Source: Octopus sinensis (taxonomy: Eukaryota). From it: a stretch of DNA of 64,000 nt. A program made the translations under genes and the position numbers. The notes beneath the pieces were generated by a model that saw only the letters and a list, made by a program, of their open reading frames with translations, had not been told where the DNA came from and did not search any database. Positions 38,552 through 50,479 of this stretch are shown one piece after another. The first letter of the stretch is position 1; each line of letters opens with the position of its first letter. The stretch spans positions 211,792,001 through 211,856,000 of the forward strand of contig NC_042997.1 in assembly GCF_006345805.1 (NCBI RefSeq), read 5' to 3'.

Positions 38552-39194
38552 GTAAAAGGATTTATCCTAGTAATTCTTTAAAGAGAGTTTGTGGAAGAGA
38601 CTGGGTAGCAGGGAGGTGTAGGGTGGATGTGAAGGGGGTAGGTTCAATAGAAGGATTTAATTAGGATGAAAAGGTGTTCCAGCATCATTCTTGCTACTAA
38701 TAATACAGCATTGATATTCCTCCTCTAACGACCTTTTCTAAATTAGTTATTCATTCCTCCTCACTTCTCAAAGGCTTTCTATTACCATTTCCTTATAATT
38801 TTTTTACTGATTCCATTCTAATTTTCCTTTTTGAACCATTCCCTGTAGGGTTCACTGTATAACCCTATAACTGCTACCTTCAGGTTCCAGAAAGTGGGTC
38901 CCTGTCAAAAAGTCTTAACTCATTAGAAACATGTAGTCAGATCCACAGAATTGAGGACAACATGTACTTTGCTTTGTCCATTTTCCTAAAAATCTTATAT
39001 GAACACATTGATTACATTGACCCCAGTACTCAACTGGTATTTATTTTATTGACCCCGAAAAGATGAAAGGCAAAGTCAACCTCAGCGGAATTTGAACTCA
39101 GAACGTAAAGACGGATGAAATACTGCTAAACATTTTGCCTGGTGTGCTAACGATTCTGCCGGCTCATCACCTTCAATTAATCATAATCATAATA

Positions 39195-39225
<31 letters not shown>

Positions 39226-39227
39226 TG

Positions 39228-39276
<49 letters not shown>

Positions 39277-39278
<2 letters not shown>

Positions 39279-40954
39279 GAACTTGAAGGCCTATTGCGCA
39301 CCGTGAAAGCATTCAGCGATGACATCGGGATGGAGTTTGGACTTGAGAAGTGTGCCAAGGCCACTTTCCAGAAAGGGAAAGTGAAGACCACAAATTCAGT
39401 CGTGTTAGATGTTGACACAGTCATAAGAGAGCTTGAGCAAGAACAAACATACAAATATTTAGGGATAAATGAAGGCTTGGTATTCAGCATGCAAGCATGA
39501 AAGAGAAAATCAGGAAGGAATGTTATAGGAGAGTTCGTGCAGTCCTGAAATCTGAACTAAATGCATGTAACAAGGTGTTAGCTATAAATTCCTTAGCAGT
39601 TCCAGTTGTTACTTATAGCTACAATGTGTTGAACTGGAATATGAGTGAAGTAAAGAATATAGATAGAAAAATACGCAAGCTGCTGAGTTGTAATAGGATG
39701 CACCACCCAAAGGCGACGTAGATCGCCTTTACCTCCCAGAGCCCAAGGAGGTCGAGGCTGATCCAATTTGAACTAGCTTACAAAACAACCACAATTGGAC
39801 TGGCCAAATATCTCGAAATATCGAATGACTGGATGCTAAAGCTCGTGGAAAATCACGAGAGACGAAAGAAGCTTCATTCTATCATAAAGGAAAGCAAAAA
39901 ATTTGCTATTGATCTCGTGCAGGATACCCAAACTGAACAACCCGAGGGGAGTACGGCAACTATTGTTGCAAAGAAGGTGAAAATGATGGCAATGAAAAAA
40001 GCGCACGAGCAATTGGCTGATAGGTGGGAGGAGAAACCTCTGCACGGCAAATATGTGACCCGCAGCAAACAAGCTGATGTTGACCAGAAGCAAAACCATC
40101 AGTGGCTACGGAGCTCAGGGCTAAAAGCAGAGAGCGAGGTTTCATCCTGGCTGCTCAAGATCAAAGCCTATTAACCCGGAACTACCAGGCCAATGTGATG
40201 AAAAATGGAGCAGACCCAAAATGCCGATTCTGCAATGACATGATTGAAACAGTGGACCACCTAATCTCTGGATGTAAAGTCTTAGCACCAATGGAGTATA
40301 AATTAAGACATGACAGAGTTGGCCAATATCTCCACTGGCTAATAAGTCGGCATTACAATATCAAAACTGCCGACAAGTGGTATAATCACCACCCTGAGGC
40401 TGTAACTGAAGGAGAAAATGTAACCATTCTGTGGGACTTTCCAGTACATACAGACCGAACCATCAAGGCCAATAAACCAGATATTGTTGTGAAAGACCAA
40501 AACAATAAAGTTTGCTTATGATCGACATGAGCATCCCCTGTGATCATAATATCTCAGCGAAAGAGTTTGACAAGCTCAGAAAATATAAAGACCTACTCAT
40601 TGAAATTGAGAAAATGTGGCATCTCAAGGCGGTTACAATACCAGTGATTGTAGGAGCACTAGGAATGATCAAGAAGGGAACCGAAAATTATATGAGAATG
40701 ATCCCTGGCTTACCATCCCTGCAAGAAGTGCAAAAGATTATCTTAACTGGTACATCACATGTATTGAGAAGAGCATTGTCGATGTGAGAATTATTACGAC
40801 CCATGTAATTTAATTTAACTTTAAAAAAAAAAAAATGAACGAACTATTGAGTTTAGTTTAATGGCCTACCAATGTATACTATGAGTTTCTTTGCCCTAAG
40901 AGTCGGGAAGACACTCGGCAAGAAATGGAAGCAAATTTGAAAGAAGAAAAGAAA

Positions 40955-40956
<2 letters not shown>
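39277..40956 (+). mobile_element. 5'-truncated Dong/R4-clade LINE (RT C-terminus, CCHC knuckle, REL endonuclease) inserted in (TAA)n
   Basis: FSDDIGMEFGLEKCA, YKYLGI, CRFC...ETVDHLISGC, RHD, KPDIVV.D, K..KY.DL; (TAA)n on both sides. Confidence 0.9.
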
Positions 40957-41008
<52 letters not shown>

Positions 41009-41243
41009 TGTCTTAAAAAGATTGTCTTAACTGGTACATCACACGTATTGAGAAGAGCATTGTCGATGTGAGAACTGTTGCTGCTCATGTATTTTAATTT
41101 AACTTTAAAAAAAAAAAAAAAATGAACGAACTACTGAGTTTGGTTTAATGGCCTACCAATGTATACTATGAGTTTCTTTGCCCTAGGAGTCGGGAAGACA
41201 CTCGGCAAGAAATGGAAGCAAATTTGAAAGAAGAAAAAAAAAA
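41009..41243 (+). mobile_element. Second short 3' copy of the same Dong/R4 element
   Basis: Near-identical to ~40733-40950; flanked by (TAA)n. Confidence 0.88.
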
Positions 41244-41252
41244 ATAATAATG

Positions 41253-41296
<44 letters not shown>

Positions 41297-41610
41297 CATA
41301 AAAATAATAATAAATGCCCTGATGCAGTACCAGGCAGTGGCTCTCATGGCTTCTGATCTTAACTGATTGGAAGTATTATCATGTACATTGTTCTGTCTTG
41401 GTATAAAAGATGGGCTACAGCAAATATTCTGCTCAATACCACAGATTTGCTTGTCAGTTGTTGGACCTTAACCAGTTGAGCATGTCCCTTAGTGGCTGAT
41501 GATATGTGCATCTCTGATCACGAGCAGAAGTAGTGGGGGAGCATCATAGCCATGTGTTGAGAGGGATTCTTTGGGGTTTGAATATGTTTCCAGAGGTGAA
41601 TTATTCAAAC

Positions 41611-42570
41611 ATAGCATGGTATGTAAAAATGCCACAGAACCACTATTATTAGAAGTAAGAAGGTCAGGCTTGTGTAGGATGAAAGATTGCAAGGATAAAG
41701 CACTGTACAAGCACTTGAGAATGAATGAAACTGAAAATAGGTGAGCAAAGAAAAGAATGCATGGTCAAATTCATAGGGATGTTGAAGATACGACAGACAG
41801 AGGAAAAAGATGGCTGTGGATGACTAAAAGTGATTTAAAACCGGAAACAGAGGCTCTAGTCTGTGCTGCCCAAGAACAAACTACATAAAATACAGAATAG
41901 ACAACACAGCAGAAAATGATAAGTGTAGAATCTGAGGACAAAACTGTGAAACCGTATGTCATATTACCAGCCAATGTACACCACTAGCCCAGAAGGAATA
42001 TAAGAAATGCCACAACAATACAGCAAGGCTCGTCCATTGGACACTTTGCAACAAGTATGGATTTGACTAAGAAAAAAATTGGTATTACTACAAACCCGAA
42101 GGTATCATCAAAACTGATAATGCAAAGATCCTGTGGGATTTTATGATTCAGTACAACCATAAGATAGAGAATAGGAAGCCGGACATAGTCTTAATTCAGA
42201 AAGAAAACAAACTATACTGGATCATAGATATAGAATGCCCAGCTGACAACAAGGTATGCAATAAGGAAGAATGAAAAGTTGAGATATATGACAGGTTAGC
42301 TTGGGAAGTTAAGCAGTTGTGGTCGATGAAAAAGGTAGCAGTAGTACCAATAATTGTCGGAGCCCTGGGAACAGTGAGTAAAAATCTCAAGAAGTATGTG
42401 GAACAAACAGGGGCTGCAATAAAGGTGGAGCACTTGCAGAAAACAGCACTGCTTGGAACTGCTCGAATACTCTGGAAGGTGCTTGAAAAATTAGGTGTTA
42501 CTTTAGTTCACTGGTAGTGAACTGCTGGCACCATAGTACATCTCCAGCATTAGAAGCTGTGCAATGACAA
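41611..42570 (+). mobile_element. Older Dong/R4-type LINE 3' fragment (second family)
   Basis: LKPETEAL.CAAQEQ, ILWDF.IQ, RKPDIV, VPIIVGALG, LQKTALLGTARIL; (TAA)n tail. Confidence 0.82.
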
Positions 42571-42581
42571 TAATAATAATA

Positions 42582-42649
<68 letters not shown>

Positions 42650-42670
42650 TTCTTTAAATTTTATTAATAA

Positions 42671-43050
42671 CTAGCAGTATCACCCGGTATTGCTTGGGTT
42701 TGTAAGGGAAATAACTATATAAGCATTTTTAGAGAGTTATAGCCAAAAAATAGCAAAAAAATGCATTAAAAATGGGAAAAAAATGATGGTAAATTTTTTT
42801 TAAATCGTTGACTCATCGTAGACATTTTTAGAGAGTTACTTTCCTTATATAATAGCAAAAAAAATGCATTAAAATGGAAAAAGATGATGGTCAATTTTTT
42901 TTAAAAAAATCGCTAATACCCAGAAGGGCTCAATATGAATCACGACTATAAGATACCCGGTTTTGGTTAAACTGCACCGCAAAATGTGGGAGTAGTTAGG
43001 AATCTAAATCGTAGGAGACAGACACACAACTTCTCTTTTATATATAAAGA
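42671..43050 (-). mobile_element. Non-autonomous Helitron (family copy 3)
   Basis: Reverse-complement homologue of 2008-2406. Confidence 0.85.
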
Positions 43051-43297
43051 TAAGAATGAAAATAAGTCCTAGCTTCAAAAGGCCTTGGAGAAAATAGAAA
43101 AGTAAAATTATTTATTCTATGAAAGAAGGAATATGGAGCAGAATCAGTATTTGTTGAAAGGTTGGCCATGTGCGGCATCTGGAAATATCAACCAAGAATG
43201 AGATGAGAGTTTCACAAACATTTCCATTAACAAATATATTGTAATGAGATTTCATTTGAAAATTGCTTTCTTTTTCATCAATGTCCATTGATGGCAG

Positions 43298-43462
43298 CTG
43301 GTTTGGTGACCCCAAACTGTACCTTTGATAGTGATCTGTGTGGATGGACCCATGGCGAAATTAGTCCAAATGTGAAAAATAACACTTGGATCAGAGAAAA
43401 TGAGGAAACCTTTACTTGGAAGACAGGACCTTCCAGGGATCATACGTATGGAACATTTGAAG
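43298..43462 (+). CDS. Astacin-MAM protease exon 9 (MAM domain N-terminal part)
   Basis: ggcag acceptor, phase 1; (A)GLVTPNCTFDSDLCGW...WIR...TGPSRDHTYGTFE; donor G|gtgaga. Confidence 0.92.
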
Positions 43463-43556
43463 GTGAGAATATTGAAGTTCACTATTTCAATAGAATTTAA
43501 ATGTTGGACAATGAACCAAAGTGTTTAGAGATCAGATTCAGTGTGAATCCTGAACT

Positions 43557-44163
43557 CATCATCATCATCATCATCATCATCGTTTAACGTCCACTTTCCA
43601 TGCTAGCATGGGTTGGACGATTTTGACTGAGGGCTGGCGAACCAGAAGGCTGCACCAGGCTCCAATCTTGATTTGGCAGAGTTTCTACAGCTGGATGCCC
43701 TTCCTAACGCCAACCACTCCGAGAGTGTAGTGGGTGCTTTTTATGTGCCACCAGCATGGGGCAGTCAGGCGGTACTGGCAACGACCTTGCTCTAATCTTT
43801 TTACACATGACACCAGCACAAGTGCCAGTAAGGCAATGTTGGTAACGATCCCGCTCATATGGTGCCCTTCTACGTGCCACCGGCACGGAAACCAGTTGGC
43901 TGCTCTGGCAATGATCACGCTTGGGTGGTGCTCTTGGCACCCTACTAGTACGGGTGCAAGTGCCAGTAGGGCAACGCTGGTAATGATCACACTCGAATGG
44001 TGCCATTTTATGTGCCACCGGCACGGAAGCCGGTTGGCAGCTCTGGCAACGATCACACTCAGATGGTGCTCTTGGCACCCTACTAGCACGGGTGCAAGTG
44101 CCAGTAAGGCAACGCTGGTAATGATCACACTCGAATGGTGCCATTTTATGTGCCGCTGGCACT
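43557..44163 (-). mobile_element. RTE 3'-UTR fragment with a higher-order tandem array
   Basis: (CAT)n tail, conserved terminal block, and alternating unit types duplicated as a dimer. Confidence 0.82.
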
Positions 44164-44833
44164 GAATGAAGAGAGTTTCTAACAAAAGTGAGAACACAAA
44201 GGCCTATCTTCAGAAGGATACAGCCAATGGAATGTGTATCTCCATAAGTCCTGCCATTTTTGCATAACTGGATGGGCACAGATTAATTCATATCCATCTG
44301 AAGATGGGCCTTTATCTCTGCTTTGTTTAGAAGCGTTCCCCATTTCCCTTATCACCTTTACTTTGCGCACACACACACACTCACACACACTCACACACAC
44401 ACACTCACACACACACACTCACACACACACACTCACACACACACACTCACACACACACACTCACACACACTCACACACACACACTCACACACACACTCAT
44501 GCACACACACACACTCACACACCCTCACATACACACACGCTCACGCACTCACACACACACACACACACACTCACACACACACACCCTCACATACACACAC
44601 ACATCACACACACTCAGACTCACACACACACACACAGACTCACACACACACGCTCACACACACTCACATACACTCACACACACACACATTCACACACAAA
44701 GACTCACACACGCACACTCACATGCGCACACTCACACATACACGCACACACACACACACAAACACTCACACACACACACACACACACACACGTGCACATC
44801 TTGTAAATTCTTCTCGCCTCTCTATCTTGCTAG

Positions 44834-45081
44834 GTTACTTCCTGTATTCCGAAGCTTCATCAAATGCTGGGTCTGTTGCGAAAATCAGGACGCCAACTCT
44901 AAAGGCAGGCGTTCACTGTTTGTCATTCTGGTACCACATGTATGGCCACAACATGGGCTCGCTTTCTGTCAACGAATTAGTGAAGGGCAAAACACTGACA
45001 AAACTGTTTACAAAATCTGGGAACCAAGGAAACAAATGGATCAATGGGAGAATCTCTTTTACTGCTACTGAGGACACAAAA
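44834..45081 (+). CDS. Astacin-MAM protease exon 10 (MAM domain core)
   Basis: cttgctag; (G)YFLYSEAS...[19 protein letters not shown]...[10 protein letters not shown]...EDTK; donor AAA|gtaagt. Confidence 0.94.
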
Positions 45082-45239
45082 GTAAGTTACTATTCCTCAA
45101 GTTACGTACATACACACACTCACACACATGTATACATATATACATGCATACATACGTATATACATATATGCATATATACATATATACATGCATACATACG
45201 TATATACATACATGCATATATACATATATACATACATGC

Positions 45240-45298
<59 letters not shown>

Positions 45299-45526
45299 AA
45301 AAATAAATCTCATTATAAACAACATGGACCCATTTTCTTCTTAAGAAAAAATATTTTCATATAAATTAAACATTGTATCATGAATAGCGATTGCGAAACC
45401 GGTCGATACATTAAAAATGATACTATAACCATGTAAGTGTGCGTATTTTCTGTTTTTATTTTTCTTATATACATTACAATCCACCACGTGGGGACAACTG
45501 AAATTTCTCTTTTCTGTTACTACTAC

Positions 45527-45621
<95 letters not shown>

Positions 45622-45813
45622 CACATATAGGTGCAGGAGTGGCTGTGTGGTAAGTAGCTTGCTTCCCAACCACATGGTTCCGGGTTCAGTCCCACTGCAT
45701 GGCATCTTGGGCAAGTGTCTTCTACTATAGCCTGAGGCCGACCAAAGCCTTATGAGTGGATTTGGTAGACGAAAACTGCATGTGTGTGTGTATGTATGTG
45801 TGTGTATGTGTGT

Positions 45814-45848
<35 letters not shown>

Positions 45849-45888
45849 CATGTTTGCATGCATGAGTATGTATGTATATATAAGCATA

Positions 45889-45967
<79 letters not shown>

Positions 45968-46113
45968 AATGTATGTATATTTTCAGTGAGTACAAATAAC
46001 AAGGGAAAAATAAATAAATAGTTACCAGGGTAGCAAAAATTGACATAAATGCCAAGGATATTACAGCCTACTCATAAAGGCGGAAATTCCAGGCTAAAGT
46101 GAAATATTTTTCT

Positions 46114-48331
46114 ATAACACGATTAATTAAGAAATGGAATCAAATGCAGTTGTTATTCAAATCATTTATACCTACAACATATGTTTTGAAAAAAGCATTG
46201 AGATTATTTCAGAAGGAATAAAAATAATGTAAAACAATGCAATCACCTCGTCAGGGAAAAAACCAAAAAAACACATCAATAAGCTGTTTTAACCGAATGT
46301 GATTACTGCGTACGTAAGTGTATGATGTAAGAAGAATGCTAGCAAGTTATGTTTTAAAAAAACATTTATAGATTTAATGTCAAAGGTAATTTAGCGAAAG
46401 AGAAGGAGGAGAAAGAAAGGAATTAACAGAAAATTAAGAGTTGGAAAATATTAAATTTGAAAATAAGCTATGGGTCTGTAAATACACGCCTGATAGTTTT
46501 GATATTATGATGGGAAATTCTGGCTCAGCACAACTGGTTGATTTGGTATGTATACCCTTTATGAGATGGTTGACCAATTCCCAAACATCAATGGAGGTCT
46601 GTATCGTGATGATTGTCTACTCTACCTTCAAAATGCTTCTAACCAAAAATTACAAAGGGTTACAAATAGCTTCCTTAAATTTTCCAAATCATGGGCTTAA
46701 GCATTGTTTTTGACGATGATATAACTAAAGCCAACTTTTTGGATATTACCCTTAACTTATATAATGATTCATATTTCCCATACCACAAACCCTCAACTAA
46801 TTTAAAATAGATTAACTCTTTCAGTAATCAACTGAAGACTCTTACAAGAATCTTAGAAATTTCCACTTTCTAGATTATCTCTAAATGTTGATATCTTTAA
46901 CGATAAAGCCAAATTTTATAACTGTGCTTTACTTAAAGCAGGCTATAAAGAAAAAATCACATATATCGACCCTATTGACATTTATTCTGCCTCTATTTAT
47001 CAGGACATGAAAACACATCATAATGGTAATAACAATATAAATTTTAGTTGAAATAATAACAATAAATTGAAAAATGTAATTTTGCAATGTAAGGGAAGTA
47101 ACTGTTCTTTGTTTCCCTTTATACATAATAAAATAAGTTTATGACTTTTAAAGATAATTACCCAAATAACAAGGTGGGTTGTAGTAAAACAATTTGGTTG
47201 ATTATTCAATTTGATAAGCTGATGAAATCCAACCTCCCTTATCAGTTTTGTGAAGCTGTAGATAAGAATTTTCCAAAAAATTCCAGATACCATTCCATTA
47301 TCAATTCACACCAAATTAGGATAGGTTTTTCAAACACCAAAACCCTTTCACAAATAATTTTTTCGCATAACCATAAGTTATTAAATACAAAACCACTTAA
47401 TGAAAATAATAACAGTGATATCATTAACACTAACCATTCTTTGAACGATAATAACAACAATATTAATATTTCTGATATAAATTCAAATTGAATTCATTTC
47501 TTTAGCCTTTAATTCTAAGACTAGAAACTCTGTTTATCAATGTAAAATTACTTCCAGTTTTTATATATTGGTAGCTCTTCATCTCAGTTGTCAAAAAGAA
47601 TATCTAACCATTACTCTACATGTAGACATATCAATAAATGCAACAATATTTGGCTTAGTAAATTAGTTTGGTCTCTAAAGGAACATAATAAACAATACGG
47701 TTTGGAATGGAAAATTCTATCTAGATCCTTCCTATACGACAAAGGTAAATCTTTTTGTCTGCTCTGTAATGAAGAGCAATTTTTCATCCTTTTCTTGAAG
47801 AATTCTCTTGTAAACACGTTTAAAGAATACGTTTATCATTGCAAACATTGGCAAAACCAAACCTTTAGTTCCTATAAGTCATTTCCACTAATCTATAAAA
47901 TTCGACCTTTAACTGTCTTCTTACATTTCATTTCCACTACATATATCTATTTCCACACTTTTAAACTTTATTCACATTCATCTATCACACTATATTTTTC
48001 CACTCTTAATTTTCTTTTAATTCCTTTCTTTCTCCTCCTTCTCTTTCGCTAAATTACCTTTGACATTAAATCTATAAATGGGTTTTTAAAACATAACTTC
48101 CTAGCGTTCTACTTACATCATACACTTACGTACGCAGTAATCACATTCACTTATAACAGCTTATTGATGTGTTTTGTTCCTTTTTTTCCCTGACGAGGTG
48201 ATTGCATTGTTTTACATTATTTTTATTCCTTCCGGAATAATATCAATGCTTTTTTCGAAACATATGTTGCAAGTATTAATGATTTGAATAACACCTGCAT
48301 TTGACTCTGTTTCTTAATTTATCTATGTTAT
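46114..48331 (+). mobile_element. Penelope-like element with inverted pseudo-LTRs
   Basis: 46114-46451 is the reverse complement of 47993-48331. The interior has RT remnants (MGNSGSAQLVDL, GLYRDDCL, NFLDITLNL) and GIY-YIG remnants (KRISNHY...CLLCNEE). Confidence 0.85.
48186..48272 (+). ncRNA. Hammerhead motif in a Penelope pseudo-LTR (inverted copy at ~46173-46259)
   Basis: ttcc CTGACGA gg..gcattg[loop]caatgc..tc GAAA catat GTT gcaa; palindromic stem III aacatatgtt. Confidence 0.55.
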
Positions 48332-48485
48332 GTATATATATACATAAAATTATAATTTAGGGTATCTAAGAGATACCGCCACGCTGGAAATAGCAGCCAA
48401 AACCTGACTCTGAAACCACATTAAATGTTCATACAGCACCAGATCGATATTAAAATTAATGATCTTATCCTTATTTATCTATGTT

Positions 48486-48524
<39 letters not shown>

Positions 48525-49364
48525 TATTTCTTTACTACCCACAGAGGGGACAAACAAGGACAGACACACGGATTAAGTCGATTACATCGACCCCAGTGCG
48601 GAAACTGGTACTTAATTTATCGACCCCGAAAAGATAAAAGGCAAAGTTGACCTGGGTGGAATTTGAACTCAGAACGTAACGTCCGCTTTTATGCTAGCAT
48701 GGGCTGGACGATTTTGACTGAGGGCTGGTGAACCAGATGGCTGCACCAGGCTCCAATCTTGATCTGGCAGAGTTTCTACAGCTGGATGCCCTTCCTAACG
48801 CCATATATATCATCATCATCATCATCATCATTGTTTAATGTCCATCTTCCATGCTAGCATGGGTGATATATATATATCATTCAACTACTAACGGAGTCGA
48901 ATAATATTGTTAAGGCCGTAATTTACTCACAAGCAGCATCTTCAGAACTTTGTCGTTAATTCAGTTCTTAACCAAATTGAAAACTGTTAACATTTTTGCA
49001 GAGGACTGGTCCCTAGCTAAATTTTGGCATAAAAAGAATTGAGATTTGGTCCAGTAGAAAAAAAAGCTTACATCAAAATTTGTAGTAACACCACCAATCA
49101 AGTTTAGATCTAAATAACTTTTAATTTAAAAGCAAAATATACTTATCTTAGCTTCAATGACAGAAGAAAGCATGAAGAATTTCATAGTTTTGCTCCCATG
49201 CAACAAAAATTTATATCAAAAATGTTGTGACATAAAATATGAAAAAATATTGGGTTTAAGTAGTGGAATGTGACTGGGCTAAAATGTTTTGCTAACCCAA
49301 CACCCTCACCTGAAACTCAAAATGTTTGGTTGCTTATTAAATTCTTTAATTTATTTCTCCACAG

Positions 49365-49445
49365 ATTGAATTTGAAAGCACCGTTGGTTCAGTGCAGAGT
49401 GACATTGCTATCGATGATGTGATGGTGCTTGATGCGAAATGCTGA
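49365..49445 (+). CDS. Astacin-MAM protease exon 11 (MAM C-terminus, stop)
   Basis: ctccacag; IEFESTVGSVQSDIAIDDVMVLDAKC* (MAM DIAIDD motif). Joined CDS is 1296 nt = 431 aa + stop. Confidence 0.93.
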   Translation: MEFESTVGSVQSDIAIDDVMVLDAKC

Positions 49446-49609
49446 CAAACTGTCTTGGTACAAATTCTTCAAAATCACCAGAACACACCTTTACCTCAAA
49501 AACTGAAAAACCTTTAACATTTGTTTCTGTTTGTTGTACGTGTTTAGGTCATTCAGTATGTATACATCTAGCTACACCTGCACACACAAACACACAATGC
49601 ACACACACA

Positions 49610-49672
<63 letters not shown>

Positions 49673-49691
49673 CCATTCTTATTTTTGTTGT

Positions 49692-49899
49692 AATAAACCT
49701 AAACCCCATTCCATGTTTTGTTGTTTTATTTGCATATTTTGTCTATTAAAATAGTTTTAGCAATGAATGTTTTATGTAAAATCCTCCACAAAACAGAGTT
49801 GTCTTTAATCTTAAAGTTGAAACGAAATTTTAAAAAAAATTACTTAAATATCAAAATTCCTATTTTCATTACTTTTGTAAAATTACAACTTTTAATAAA
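49692..49899 (+). promoter_or_regulatory. Candidate polyadenylation signals of the astacin-MAM gene
   Basis: AATAAA at 49692-49697 and 49894-49899, downstream of the stop codon and before the (CTAT)n tract. Confidence 0.4.
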
Positions 49900-49951
49900 C
49901 TTCCTTTGTAGCATTATCAGTAATACAATATGATAAAATATTTTTCTCATT

Positions 49952-50462
<511 letters not shown>

Positions 50463-50479
50463 GCCGTATCTGTATATAT

